NCBI RefSeq assembly: GCF_001194135.2
Contig: NC_068987.1
Coordinates: forward strand, 93,600,892-93,664,891
Reading direction: 5' to 3'
Origin: Octopus bimaculoides
Lineage: Eukaryota
DNA: 64,000 nt
Part shown: positions 11,622 through 25,368 of the stretch, piece by piece
Layout: every line of letters starts with the position of its first letter
Position numbering within the stretch: position 1 is the first letter of the stretch
Made by a program: the position numbers and the translations under genes
The notes under the pieces: model-generated
Told to the model about the DNA's origin: nothing
Database searches by the model: none
The model's input: the letters and a program-made list of their open reading frames with translations, nothing else

Positions 11622-12289
11622 CATGGTGAATTTATGGAAAGAAGTGCCATAAAACTCATCAATTTAGTTANNNNNNNNNNNNNNNNNNNNNNNNNNNNNN
11701 NNNNNNNNNNNNNNNNNNNNNNNNNNNNNNNNNNNNNNNNNNNNNNNNNNNNNNNNNNNNNNNNNNNNNNNNNNNNNNNNNNNNNNNNNNNNNNNNNNNN
11801 NNNNNNNNNNNNNNNNNNNNNNNNNNNNNNNNNNNNNNNNNNNNNNNNNNNNNNNNNNNNNNNNNNNNNNNNNNNNNNNNNNNNNNNNNNNNNNNNNNNN
11901 NNNNNNNNNNNNNNNNNNNNNNNNNNNNNNNNNNNNNNNNNNNNNNNNNNNNNNNNNNNNNNNNNNNNNNNNNNNNNNNNNNNNNNNNNNNNNNNNNNNN
12001 NNNNNNNNNNNNNNNNNNNNNNNNNNNNNNNNNNNNNNNNNNNNNNNNNNNNNNNNNNNNNNNNNNNNNNNNNNNNNNNNNNNNNNNNNNNNNNNNNNNN
12101 NNNNNNNNNNNNNNNNNNNNNNNNNNNNNNNNNNNNNNNNNNNNNNNNNNNNNNNNNNNNNNNNNNNNNNNNNNNNNNNNNNNNNNNNNNNNNNATATAT
12201 ATATAAGAAAAGTGATCACAAAATGTGCGTATGCACATTGGCAGATTATAAAGTCAGTGTTTATGAAAATACATTTCATCTTCTAAATT

Positions 12290-13116
12290 TTATTAAACCT
12301 TTCGACAATTTAATTTTTTATGAACTGTTCTTGTCCTGAAACTGAGAAGACAAAGCAATGGAATCGTTTCAGTATTTGTGTTCGTTCTCGTTCAATGGCT
12401 GCCACATCTAGACATTGTTGTATTCTCATAATGTCTAAAGGTGTGATATCCGATGAACACAGAGGTTATTTTTCTGAATTTCTTGTTTGACAAAATCCAA
12501 TGAAGGTTGGCCTTACATTATCATAGTACTGTGTGGATGCCTCATCTTGCGGGAGATATCTCCACATCATCATAGTCCTCTTGAATGTTTGGCGTAACAG
12601 ATTGTCGCAACACGTTAGAATAATGTAATTAGTAACACTACCGTTAAAAAACGATTTATCTAATTAATCCCTTTGATGAGAAGCTGCACCCTATTGTAAC
12701 TCCTGTTCAATTAACATGATCTCCTCACCCCAAGCAATTTTTGTTGGAAAATATTCATCTTCTACACATCTTGACAAGTACCAGTCGTAAAACACTAATC
12801 TTCGTCGGATAATCTCCTTAGAGTGTATGATCTGTTCTTGGAATGTAACTTTTACAATGACAACACTTCAATATATGATGGATGCTTCATCTTGAAATTT
12901 CTATCTCACGATTCCCTTCCCGTACAGATTTTCATGAAATTTGGCAAAACTTTTTCAATATCATTCATTGATTTGTAGACCTCACAGATGTAGGTAGTCT
13001 TTGGTAACCTTTTATGCGGACATTCTAAACGGTTTCATCTGCTTCAAAATTATCTTCGACTGCCTTTCTAAACTTGCAGTAGCACTTTGTTCAGAGCTTA
13101 GTCTGACACCATTCAT
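12290..13116 (-). mobile_element. Decayed IS630/Tc1/mariner transposase pseudogene (DUF4817-type N-terminus)
   Basis: Across frameshifts: MNGVRLSSEQ, DNFEADETV, KSVREGNREIEISR*SIHHILK, KSYIP, RRRLVFYDWYLSRCVEDEYFPTKIAWGEE (matching W.L..C.ED..FP..I.WSDE). Multiple stops. Confidence 0.75.
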
Positions 13117-13436
13117 TATTTCGAAGAAATTGAGTTTAAAAAGAAATGGAAAAAACAAGTGAATCATCAATTGTTAAACTGTGTATACATACTTTTGCAC
13201 GCCTGCTATACACATTCTAACACATATCTGTTTTGCTCCCCTTGTCTCAGTGTTTGTTCTGCTATCTGAAGGTTCGTCTTGACGTCGAAGGTGTCTCTTC
13301 AATCGGAGCCTCATTACAGCCAATAAATTCTCTTCAGTCGGTTCTAGTTTGCTCTCTGAAAACTTCATCAATTGCTGATTTAACATATATAAACATTTGC
13401 TCACACATTACATATTACATCATTCTTTCTATCACT

Positions 13437-13494
<58 letters not shown>

Positions 13495-13846
13495 NNNNNN
13501 NNNNNNNNNNNNNNNNNNNNNNNNNNNNNNNNNNNNNNNNNNNNNNNNNNNNNNNNNNNNNNNNNNNNNNNNNNNNNNNNNNNNNNNNNNNNNNNNNNNN
13601 NNNNNNNNNNNNNNNNNNNNNNNNNNNNNNNNNNNNNNNNNNNNNNNNNNNNNNNNNNNNNNNNNNNNNNNNNNNNNNNNNNNNNNNNNNNNNNNNNNNN
13701 NNNNNNNNNNNNNNNNNNNNNNNNNNNNNNNNNNNNNNNNNNNNNNNNNNNNNNNNNNNNNNNNNNNNNNNNNNNNNNNNNNNNNNNNNNNNNNNNNNNN
13801 NNNNNNNNNNNNNNNNNNNNNNNNNNNNNNNNNNNNNNNNNNNNNN

Positions 13847-13893
<47 letters not shown>

Positions 13894-15049
13894 ACCACAC
13901 CCTCCTTGCCAGTGTCTTTCTAAATAAATACATTTAATATGTTTTTCTTTTCTCGCTCGACGTTACTCGCTCAGTCTCATCATTTTGCCATCGTCGTCTG
14001 TTACTTATTTCCTCCGTATCTCTCGCTCTTTCTTCTTTCTAATTATATCTTAGACTTGCTATTCTATTATAATACCATTTATGTCTAGAACCCATTATGG
14101 CAATATTAAATCGGCTCCACCACGAGGCACGCACTTTATTTTCCCAACAGAAAGTTCGCTTTGACATCGCATGGATGTGAACTCATAAGATATTTCTACA
14201 GACAGTCATCCCACATTACTTTACACCCGGTGTTTATGTATGTGATGTGTATGTGAATGTGTATGTGTGTGTGTGTGTGTGCGCGCGCGCCTGTGAGTGT
14301 ATATACACATACATACATGTACATATATATGTATGTCTATATACATAAAAAGGCATATATATAATTATATATATATACACAAACACACACACATATGTAT
14401 ACAGACATACGTATATACATGTACATACATGCATACATATACATATGCACATAGAGGTTGCCTTATAAGGAGAATAATTTTATACGCAAATAAGTAGAAC
14501 AGAAACAAGCACATTTATTCAGGAAAGATTTAAATGTGTTCTTGTATACACACACGAAAGCACAACACAAGCACCCCCACACTCACACACACAGATATAC
14601 TCAGCCAAATGTACATATAAACATATATACACTCATTAATAGTATCTCACAACAAGCAAATCAGAATCTCTGCAAGTATCATACATGAAACGGAGAAGCA
14701 CAAATCGTCGACATGATTGGGAGAAGTCATTGGTTTAATATTCAAAACATGTCAAAGACAGACACATGTAATGAGAGAATGAAATATGGGAATCGGGACC
14801 TTCGAAAATATTGAACGTCACACACACACACACACATACACACATATGTATATATATACACACACATATCTGTGCATATTTCATTCACTGTTATTTACTA
14901 TATACCTCAATCACACTCTCTCTCTCTCTTATTTAATTACATACCACTTTAACTCTTTCAAATTCCTTCTCTCTCTCACTCCCTTTTTGTCTCTCTCTCT
15001 CCCTCCCTCCCTTCCTCCCTCTACCCCACCATATCTCTCNNNNNNNNNN

Positions 15050-15106
<57 letters not shown>

Positions 15107-15448
15107 TGTGTTTGTTAAACATATTTTCCTACATTTATTTCACAACGCTTGTCCCCCATTTTCTCCTACTCCTTCTACCCACTTCCCCCTTCTATTCCGT
15201 CTATTTTTCTCTCTGCGCCTTTCTCTCTATAACCATCTAAATTTCTCTCTCCCTCCTCCTCCTCATCCCTCTCCCCCTTTCTTCCCCCCTCTCTCCCACT
15301 CCATCACTCTGTCCACCCAGATCCTCTTTGTATTCTAATCACTACTTCAAGTAATGCATTGCTCCTTAATTTAATCTCCTAACCTCACCCCACCCACCCC
15401 GCCTCGCCACCAACAACATTTGCACTTCAACGCTATTGCACCCTATAA

Positions 15449-15486
<38 letters not shown>

Positions 15487-15677
15487 TTTCTAGAATGCTC
15501 CTTTGCCTTGCATACCAACTTTCTCCACCCTGCTTTGCACATTTCACTGCATACCTTATGATCATTCAACCGTGACAATTTAACAACAACAGTGATCAGA
15601 TCGGGCTACAATATACACTCCCTTCACCAATTCTGGATTCTTCACTCGCATTCTTACATACTCACTCTCGCTTTCTC

Positions 15678-15747
<70 letters not shown>

Positions 15748-17441
15748 CATCTCTCTGTCTCCCTGTTTCCTTATCTGTCTGTCTGTCTGTTTGTCTCTCC
15801 CCCTCTCTCTCGCTCTCTCTTAATCTATTCCCACCCCAACCCTTGCCCTGCTGTTGTCTATAATCATTTCTCTTCCTTAACTACTCTTTCTCCATATTGT
15901 TTTCATACTTTAACACCAACACCACAAACAGCACCCGATCCAAAAGTGAACTTCTACGTGGTCTTCTAATCTGCTAAAAATAACACACAAATCTGCTTTC
16001 AATCAAACTCTATTGTTTTGAAAACCAGAGCCGTTAGATAATGCTTTATTTGTAATATTTCCTTCCACATTACAAATAAACGGGATGGTCACATTCGAAA
16101 TGCTTTTGATCACAGGTCTGCTCCATCAGAGCTCTTCTAGTATTAGACACAACGACCACAAGTGAAACTAGCTTTATCTCCTCCACAAACACACACAAAA
16201 CAACAAACACCATCACATCGGAGAAACCAACACAGGCAGGAATATTCCAAGAGATGTTACTGTCGACACAACGCAAACAACACAGCGAAATGGCAGAATT
16301 ATTAGAATATCAGCGGGGTACCGAACTGTGTTCGTTGCTGCACTTTATGTCCTGAAATTGTGGGAGGTAGACTTCATCTGCCACTGGTTTAACACCTTGG
16401 TGTCACCACCTTAGTGCCGCCGTTTTGATACCTTTTAAGAGATTTCATTGCCTAGCAAACGTTCGGGCCTGACCTCATTGTTTTGAGGATAACTTCTCTC
16501 TTCTTTTTTCCTACAACTTCAGTGGGTCTACATAACTAATTTCACATGAGTCGTCTTTTCCTCTCTAACTAATTGGTAAAATATAATACTAGAAATATGA
16601 GCACCATAACAAGAAATGAGTCACGATGATACAATAAAGGAGTCTCTATGTGGTCAAACAATCTAATAATTAACAATTAAATCGTCGTCAATTTTCTCAT
16701 TAACTTCTTTGAACGTGACTGTTAATTTATATGGCTTTAGAATGACATTGTCTGAAAATAAGAGATAGCAAGCCCATGGTAAGAAATGTGTTTATAGATA
16801 TTCCCTATCAGGGTTAACTCGAAGCTAAACAGCAAGCACAGCGAATTAGTGCTACTACAGTTGATCCAAGAAACATCACAATCAACACCACAGCATCACA
16901 GCCATAAACAGTGCCAAAACGTCTATCACAAGCCCAACAATAAATGTTACTCTGACCTTTATAAGAAAAAAGTCCATCATAAACCCAACATTCAACAAAG
17001 CTCACCGTTTCCACTAAATGCTGCACCAGAATTTACATTCATTCATTGCAACACTGGAAGCCAATATCATTTTTAATAAGTGAAACTACAAACATACGCC
17101 AGAAAAATTACGGCTGCCAATATCCATGTGACGAGTTATGGTCAATCTGAACAAAAGCAATGATTATCAAAGTCCTGCTCAGTTTTTCAAACATTATCGC
17201 AACAATTGTCAAACAACAACGTCGAAATTGTGATGAGATTTGGTCGACAACTTAAGAGGGCTGAGCACGTAAGCGTCAATTGTATGTTCTTATGGTCTGG
17301 TTTTCGTATTGTTCCTTTGTTGTCACTCTCGCCCATGTTGTCGTGGTTGTCATCGTCATCATCATCATTATCACCATCACCGTTATCATTATTATTATTA
17401 TTATTGAGTGATAGAGCAATGTATGCCATCAAAATGACTTC

Positions 17442-17574
17442 GCAGGTGGGACCCAGTTAGAATTTTCTTCAAGTCGAGTAGCCCATCGCGCTCAAACGGT
17501 CCCTGAATAAGGGTTGTTTAATGTTGTTGAACAAAACACGCATTTTTCTAGAGGTGAATTGTCCAAATCCAAAG
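17442..17574 (-). mobile_element. Family F fragment
   Basis: Matches the interior of 40710-41257 (TCGAGTAGCCCATC.CGCTCAAA.GGTCCCTGAATAAGGGTTGTTTAA). Confidence 0.75.
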
Positions 17575-17585
17575 TATCAGGCTTT

Positions 17586-17670
17586 AAAAAGAGTACTGGA
17601 TTCGAAACGTTTGACTAAAATTCTTTAATGCGGTGCCCCAGCATAACCGCAGTCTAATGACAAGTAAACG
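17586..17670 (+). mobile_element. SINE family C 3' fragment
   Basis: GACTAAAATTCTTTAATGCGGTGCCCCAGCATAACCGCAGTCTAATGAC. Confidence 0.65.
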
Positions 17671-18489
17671 ATAAAATACATGTGAATGCGCACGCATCTG
17701 AATCTTTTGTTCGGTTTGTTTACCAAAGAAATACTCGAATAAAGAATTTTATCCTCTGCCCATTCTAAGTCTATGAAATAAATCTCAGCCGTATGAAACA
17801 TTAAAAATATATAATAAATAAGCGAGGCGTTTAGAAGCATTTGTTTATCCTATAAACATCTGGTGCCAGATGAAATTCGGGAGAGAGACTCAGGAAATTT
17901 CTTTCCCATAATAAAACCAGACCACAACAATGTATCGCCTCATGTAAGTTACACACAATAGATAAGTTTAGGGCTGAGGCTAATGTATGACTCATTTGGA
18001 CTCGAAAATATATAAAGGCATCCAATTCTAAAGAAATATTAAGACATTACGGGACACAATACCCAACGGGATACATTTTGCGCAAAAGAGAAATATGGTC
18101 GCCGAAAAGAAGCATGACTGCGTGTGTCCTTGTGTAGATGTTACCTGTCGAAATAGTTGGATCTGGTCACCAAAATAATTTAGAAGGTAATTCAACAAAG
18201 GAGTCGGATAATAAAACATTATGAAGAACAATGGGAAACAGTGAAGATGACAATCATCAAGGAATTCTTCGAAGAATTTTAACAGAGAGGACAAGTTGAC
18301 GCACTGAAAGATTTTTTTTGTTTTTAATGTTTCTTGACAATGTTATTGCTAGACATAAATTGAAAAATATATTCTTTCGCTCGTGCAATTGATGTTAGAT
18401 ATAACAGGATTTCTAGTAGAAGGTACAGGAAAGGTGGAAGAGAAAATAGCGTTCGTAGAATAACAATAAAGAAATTTTGATTACAAAAT

Positions 18490-18534
<45 letters not shown>

Positions 18535-18599
18535 GAGAGAGAGGGGGGGAGCAGTAAGATGTTTAAAGACCATTTTTGTTGTTTTTTCATTGGTTAGAT

Positions 18600-19190
18600 T
18601 GAATATGAGGGACAATATACATTGTTTCTTCCACTCCGCCTACATTGGGAAATAACAAGTGAAGGAAACTATTTGAGAAGTAAATATTTTCTTTGAACTC
18701 TTCAAGTCTTGTAACTGAAATTGAATGTGTGAGAATCGCTCATGTGAATTTGCAGTTTAATGCGAATATTAACCACGTTCTACATGAAGAAACAAAGCTA
18801 TTTTATGTTGGGTTTTGTTTTAAATTGTTAGAGTTTATTAATGTCTGGCTGACGTACTGAAAAAAACATTAAAACTTTGACGATTACAACATTTTAAAAT
18901 GTAGGACAACTTTTTCATCAGTGGTGAAGATAGGACAACAATTGTTAATGCTATTAGGCTCGCGATCATTTGGTAGTGTATTTGACTGTCGGTGGAATGG
19001 TAACTTCTCTCCTTCAGCAAGACATTTCCTTCCATATATCCAGTAGCACAGTTAACAGTTAGTTGCATTTCGTGACAGAACCTGCAATAGACTGAAGTTT
19101 TGTTCAGGTCAAGGTCATGTACTATCACCCTAAAAACATTCACACTCCGGATAATCCCCACTTTAAGTGCCAATAGACTATATCAGTTTA
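18600..19190 (-). mobile_element. Possible decayed mariner (DD34D) remnant
   Basis: IFTTDEKVVLHF resembles IVTGDEKWVLY, preceded by an HTH-like VFRVIVHDLDLNK. Otherwise heavily degraded. Confidence 0.4.
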
Positions 19191-19318
19191 TATTCAACGC
19201 TGGATAGCAAATGAAATTTGTCTGCTTTAGGGACTAAAGTATACCGTAAATATTTTATTAGAGACTCAAAGTTCTGGAATCGTTAGAATGAAAATCGGCA
19301 GCTTCTAGCAACAACAAC

Positions 19319-19864
19319 TGCCCTGATGCAGTACCAGGCAGTGGCTCTCATGGCTTCTGATTTTAACTGATTGGAAGTGTTATCATGAACGTTGTTTTGT
19401 CTTGGTATAAAAGACGGGCTTCAGCAAATACTCTGTTCAATACCACTGATTTGCTTTTGAGTTGCTTCACCTTAACCAGCTGAGCAATGTCCTTTACTGG
19501 CTGACGATATGTGCATCTCTGATCACGATCAGAAGTGATGGGGGGGGGGGACAACATAACCATGGGTTGAGAGAAATTCTTTGGGGTTTGGATAATTCCC
19601 CTTTGTTCAACATCTTTAAACAACCCTTGTTCAGGGACCATTTGAGCGGAATGGGTTATTAGACCTGAAGAAAATTTTAACTGAGCCCCACCTCCAAGGT
19701 CATGTGCTGTTTATCTTGATATGAGATCACCATGTCGCGTACATATAGTTGTGATGCATGTGCCTAGTGTACCCATACCAGACGGGTAGTCCTGATGGGT
19801 GTATTGGGGTTTATATATTTATACCCCAGTGTCACTTTGATGGCATGTACTGTTCTCTCATGCA
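19319..19864 (+). mobile_element. Family F, near full length, with (AAT)n tail
   Basis: TGCCCTGATGCAGTACCAGGCAGTGG ... GGCATGTACTGTTCTCTCATGC(AAT)n; homologous to the other F copies. Confidence 0.85.
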
Positions 19865-19889
19865 ATAATAATAATAATAATAATAATAA

Positions 19890-20101
19890 TCCTTTTTATC
19901 ATAGGTTCAAGCCCTGGAATTAGGGAGGGAATAGTCGATTTTATTGAACCGAGTGCGTAACTGGTACTTAATTTATCGAAACCGAAATGATGAAAAGCAA
20001 AGTTAACATCAGCAGAATTTGAACTCAGGACGTAATGACGAACAAAATACCACTATGCATTTTGCTTGGCATGCTAACGATTCTTCCAGCTCGCCGCCTT
20101 A
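19890..20101 (-). mobile_element. SINE family B
   Basis: rc begins AAGGCGGCGAGCTGGAAGAATCGTTAGC, B box GAGTTCAAATTC, ends AAAAAGG(ATT)n. Confidence 0.85.
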
Positions 20102-20354
20102 ATGACGATGATAATAATGACGATGATAATGATGATGATGCTAATGATGATAATAATAATGATGATGATGATAATAACAATGATAACAATAATCAAGGGA
20201 AACAATATTATGACCCCTCGGCCTTATAGTAATAATATAATTATAGTAATAATTGTGAAACTATAGTAGTGAATTAGTAAATAATAAGAAGAATAATAGG
20301 AGTAAGAGTGAAATTATAATAGTGAACAATAATGAGCCAGAATGATTTAACAAG

Positions 20355-20427
20355 CGGCGTTGATTTACTCGACTAACGGCGGTGCTTCAGCATGGCCGCA
20401 GTCAAATGACTGAAACAAATAAAAGAG
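20355..20427 (+). mobile_element. SINE family C 3' fragment
   Basis: GGCGGTGCTTCAGCATGGCCGCAGTCAAATGACTGAAACAAATAAAAGA. Confidence 0.7.
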
Positions 20428-20428
20428 A

Positions 20429-20465
<37 letters not shown>

Positions 20466-20466
20466 N

Positions 20467-21262
20467 NNNNNNNNNNNNNNNNNNNNNNNNNNNNNNNNNN
20501 NNNNNNNNNNNNNNNNNNNNNNNNNNNNNNNNNNNNNNNNNNNNNNNNNNNNNNNNNNNNNNNNNNNNNNNNNNNNNNNNNNNNNNNNNNNNNNNNNNNN
20601 NNNNNNNNNNNNNNNNNNNNNNNNNNNNNNNNNNNNNNNNNNNNNNNNNNNNNNNNNNNNNNNNNNNNNNNNNNNNNNNNNNNNNNNNNNNNNNNNNNNN
20701 NNNNNNNNNNNNNNNNNNNNNNNNNNNNNNNNNNNNNNNNNNNNNNNNNNNNNNNNNNNNNNNNNNNNNNNNNNNNNNNNNNNNNNNNNNNNNNNNNNNN
20801 NNNNNNNNNNNNNNNNNNNNNNNNNNNNNNNNNNNNNNNNNNNNNNNNNNNNNNNNNNNNNNNNNNNNNNNNNNNNNNNNNNNNNNNNNNNNNNNNNNNN
20901 NNNNNNNNNNNNNNNNNNNNNNNNNNNNNNNNNNNNNNNNNNNNNNNNNNNNNNNNNNNNNNNNNNNNNNNNNNNNNNNNNNNNNNNNNNNNNNNNNNNN
21001 NNNNNNNNNNNNNNNNNNNNNNNNNNNNNNNNNNNNNNNNNNNNNNNNNNNNNNNNNNNNNNNNNNNNNNNNNNNNNNNNNNNNNNNNNNNNNNNNNNNN
21101 NNNNNNNNNNNNNNNNNNNNNNNNNNNNNNNNNNNNNNNNNNNNNNNNNNNNNNNNNNNNNNNNNNNNNNNNNNNNNNNNNNNNNNNNNNNNNNNNNNNN
21201 NNNNNNNNNNNNNNNNNNNNNNNNNNNNNNNNNNNNNNNNNNNNNNNNNNNNNNNNNNNNNN

Positions 21263-21328
<66 letters not shown>

Positions 21329-22402
21329 CTTCAGATATATGTAAATATGAGCCGATATGAAATAAATTATCTATCTCTGTGTGTGAATATATATAACCAC
21401 CCACACACGTACACTTATGCACAAACAGCGCACGCGCAGACGTGAATGGTTTTGCGGTTTGTCTCTGTATATATATATATNNNNNNNNNNNNNNNNNNNN
21501 NNNNNNNNNNNNNNNNNNNNNNNNNNNNNNNNNNNNNNNNNNNNNNNNNNNNNNNNNNNNNNNNNNNNNNNNNNNNNNNNNNNNNNNNNNNNNNNNNNNN
21601 NNNNNNNNNNNNNNNNNNNNNNNNNNNNNNNNNNNNNNNNNNNNNNNNNNNNNNNNNNNNNNNNNNNNNNNNNNNNNNNNNNNNNNNNNNNNNNNNNNNN
21701 NNNNNNNNNNNNNNNNNNNNNNNNNNNNNNNNNNNNNNNNNNNNNNNNNNNNNNNNNNNNNNNNNNNNNNNNNNNNNNNNNNNNNNNNNNNNNNNNNNNN
21801 NNNNNNNNNNNNNNNNNNNNNNNNNNNNNNNNNNNNNNNNNNNNNNNNNNNNNNNNNNNNNNNNNNNNNNNNNNNNNNNNNNNNNNNNNNNNNNNNNNNN
21901 NNNNNNNNNNNNNNNNNNNNNNNNNNNNNNNNNNNNNNNNNNNNNNNNNNNNNNNNNNNNNNNNNNNNNNNNNNNNNNNNNNNNNNNNNNNNNNNNNNNN
22001 NNNNNNNNNNNNNNNNNNNNNNNNNNNNNNNNNNNNNNNNNNNNNNNNNNNNNNNNNNNNNNNNNNNNNNNNNNNNNNNNNNNNNNNNNNNNNNNNNNNN
22101 NNNNNNNNNNNNNNNNNNNNNNNNNNNNNNNNNNNNNNNNNNNNNNNNNNNNNNNNNNNNNNNNNNNNNNNNNNNNNNNNNNNNNNNNNNNNNNNNNNNN
22201 NNNNNNNNNNNNNNNNNNNNNNNNNNNNNNNNNNNNNNNNNNNNNNNNNNNNNNNNNNNNNNNNNNNNNNNNNNNNNNNNNNNNNNNNNNNNNNNNNNNN
22301 NNNNNNNNNNNNNNNNNNNNNNNNNNNNNNNNNNNNNNNNNNNNNNNNNNNNNNNNNNNNNNNNNNNNNNNNNNNNNNNNNNNNNNNNNNNNNNNNNNNN
22401 NN
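20467..22402. other. Assembly gaps (largest N-rich block; more than 15 other N runs in the window)
   Basis: N runs nearly always flanked by (TA)n, (CT)n or (AAT)n, or inside LINEs, as expected of a short-read scaffold. Confidence 0.95.
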
Positions 22403-22441
<39 letters not shown>

Positions 22442-24112
22442 TATTCTTGTAAGGAGAAACCTGTATATTCACGTTTTAAATATATTCATTGATCAAGTAT
22501 TTCGTGTAGTATATGCGTGGTTCCAAGCTCCATTCCTTTCTGCAGCACCTTAAGCCTGCGTCTTTTGCCTCTTGAGAAGCATGAATTATGGTGTTTGTAT
22601 ATATGCATACATATGTTATTGTTCATTCATTTAATATTATCTAAAACAGTTTGGTTCGACTCCATGCGGCTTCAAGCTAGGCACACTTCTAACAGGAACC
22701 CCGCTCGTTCAGGCTCAGATTACCGAATGAAGAAACACTGGAAGTTCGAGATAGTTATTAGAAAATGGGCTGTTATTCGTCAAGGCGGGTCACATGCTAG
22801 AAATGATATCGGTATTTCAGCGACACCAGATGCATTAGAAAGGAGAATTTCTTTTACAATAAAAAGTTGGGAAAATTTTATAACACCGATTATGGAATTT
22901 GAAGCTTGCGCCTAATTTAAAAGTTGTATCCAAGATAATCTCTTCGAGAAAGCGCCCTCACAACATTGACATTTTAAATGAAGAAGCGTACACAACAGCG
23001 ATCTGTCAGGACGCATTTCAGATCTCACAGTTAAAGCGTATCACTTATTTACTCAGAACATGATGATTTAACTAATATTCGATACGAAGGAATCTACACG
23101 TGATCGGTCGACCCGCTAGAAAGAGCAGCCAAACCTTCCTGAAATCACAATCCCATCGTCTTAAAAGCACACTCTTGTTAACGTGTTTCTGAGTTTCTGC
23201 GGAAAGGAGACGGGTGTGATTGGAACACGTTTTATCCTAAGTTTTCTCAATTCAGGCCTGATGTGGGACTTCACTACATCAATACTTTCTTTCTTCCAAT
23301 CGGATGGATTAAGATGGCAGTTATTCAGCATTTACATCCGTTTTCATCAAATAGCCACCCGAAATTAAACATTTAATCCACCTCATCGACTACATCTTAG
23401 TCTACACAGAGATTTCATGGAAGTGATCACATCAATTCTCTTAAATTTACTAAGGTAAAGAATCTTTGAGAATTTGGTGTCCTGCCAACGGAGAGTAGGG
23501 AGCAACAATGGGAGAATAAAAAGGTTCGCTTCCTTGATACTTTATCAAATATTTTTCTAAATGTTCTTCATCTTCAAAGTGAAAAAGTTAATGATGCTGA
23601 GTGAAGAGGAAGAGTAAAACATAGAGGGAACAGAATTAACTAAAGACACAATATTCAATAGAGGGAGGGACAGAGAAAGAGAGAAAGAGAGAAAGAGGGA
23701 AGAGAGAGGGCAGAGATAGGTGGAGGAAGAGAGATGAAGAGAGAAATGGAGAAAGACAGAGAGGGAAGAGTTAGAGAGACTATGTCTGAGGGAAAAGATA
23801 TAATGCATGCGAAAGTACAACATTGAGTTGGCCGAGAAAGACGAGACATTGAGAGGTAAAGAAAGAAAAAGTGAATAAAATAAACAATTTAACCAAGTAG
23901 AAAAAAAATAGAACAAAATTAAGGAGAGAAAAAGATAACAGGAAAGGGAAAGAGAGAGAGACAGACAGACAGACAGAATGTATGTGTTGCAGGTGACAAT
24001 GAAACAAAGAAAATGAAAAACAACTAAAATGATGTAAATGGAAAACAAGATATTAACAGCAAAAACAATGAACCAAAATATAGAGACCTCGGCGAGACAG
24101 AAACGAAATTAT

Positions 24113-24150
<38 letters not shown>

Positions 24151-24344
24151 ATACAGATATATGTATATATATAGAGAGAGGGGGATAGATAGACTGACAG
24201 GTGCAGATATGATGGGAAGAGCAATGTTTAGGATAACCTATAACACCAGAATTTACCAATATTACACAGATATTGCTAATATTGCACAAGCATTTGGTTT
24301 TCCAACAAATTCATTCGTTAATTTCCATTTATTTTAATCCTTAT

Positions 24345-24556
24345 TTTTCATCGGTAATTTTAACAAAGGAGTTAAGCAAATATTCTCTATTATTGTCCAC
24401 GACTTCTTGCCAACGTTCCATTAAATTGTGAATGCCTTGATGGTAGAAATCAGGTTTTGATCAGAAAATTTCATCGAGCTACGTCTTCCGCTCTGCGTAG
24501 TTGCTGAAGGAAACAGAGAGAGAGAGACTGCTAGTAAGCGACCGAAAATTGTCTGT
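24345..24556 (-). mobile_element. Mariner (DD34D, Mos1-like) transposase C-terminal fragment
   Basis: Translates TDNFRSLTSSLSLSVSFSNYAERKT*LDEIF*SKPDFYHQGIHNLMERWQEVVDNNREYL, matching the mariner C-terminus (D.HLFRSL...WLDEFF.SK..FY..GI..L.ERW..V). Confidence 0.8.
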
Positions 24557-24603
24557 GTGCGTGGGGGTGGGGCATGTGTGTGTGTGTACGTGCGTGCGCA
24601 TGT

Positions 24604-25368
24604 GTGGTTTACATTTGGAGAGCTAGAAGGCCCAATGTAACATAGCCATGACAAATTTCGTACGTCCTGGGTCGTGTAGTCTGTGTGAGGAGAAAGGGCT
24701 TTGCTGGACAACATACATACTCTCCCTGAGCAACTCCCTCGATCCAGCGAGTAACAGCAGTCTCCATTGTCTCGATGTAAGCTACTGCATTGACCCTAAA
24801 GCCTTATGGGAAAAAGCAAGGGGCCCTCATTGTTCACAGCTACCAAAATCATCACAAACGATGGTAACTTGATGGTCATAAGATTGGAAACCTCAGTGAA
24901 ACTGGCACAAAGCCATCTGTCATTCCTCCTGTTTACGTTTTGATCTTGGACAAATTTCTCATCTGAGATGATCCTGACCAAATCCAGCTCTTCAGGGTGC
25001 TGCGGTTTATACAGCCTGCGCTTCGACTCAATCGCCGCATGGATTTTATCGGTCATATACTGTCCTTTTCTCATAATATTGGATCTGTGCCTGATATCTT
25101 TCTGCACCATACATCTAACCGTTAACTCCGATACATGGAAATAATTGGCAATGGCCATCATTAACTTGCCCAATACGTTCTGGACAAAATTTCTCTTTCT
25201 GAAAATGTCTGACGTTCGAAAATATGTCTTTTTTTTTCCCACGTCTATAACACGAGGGACTTTGCGACATTTAAGGAAGGCTGCACTCTCAGAATCAATG
25301 TGGCTCGCATCTAAAGCAACGAAAATATTGAGTGTTTGCGCAGTCTGCGTTAGATTCGAAGCTTGCAT
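24604..25368 (-). mobile_element. maT/DD37D-like Tc1/mariner transposase pseudogene
   Basis: ORF 24796-25368 has IISDEKFVQDQNVNRRNDRWLC and FVMILVAVNNEG; in other frames it continues FRVNAVAYIETMET..RWI, YVVQQ and WPSSSPNVNH (about WPPSSPDLNP). Frameshifted. Confidence 0.8.

Noticed and set aside
16090-17060. Thr-rich mucin-like frames (VLDTTTTSETSFISST..., ISATTVDPRNITINTT)
   Set aside because: Interrupted by stops, explained by ACA-rich composition, no recognisable domain or splice structure.
20373-22553. Long ORFs of 300-700 aa (also 2083-2895, 11549-12279, 34537-36100, 45779-46608, 49154-49990)
   Set aside because: Composed of X from N runs plus (TA)n-derived YIYI.
22560-23060. 132-aa ORF 22517-22915 and neighbouring frames
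   Set aside because: No recognisable motif in six frames; left unassigned.
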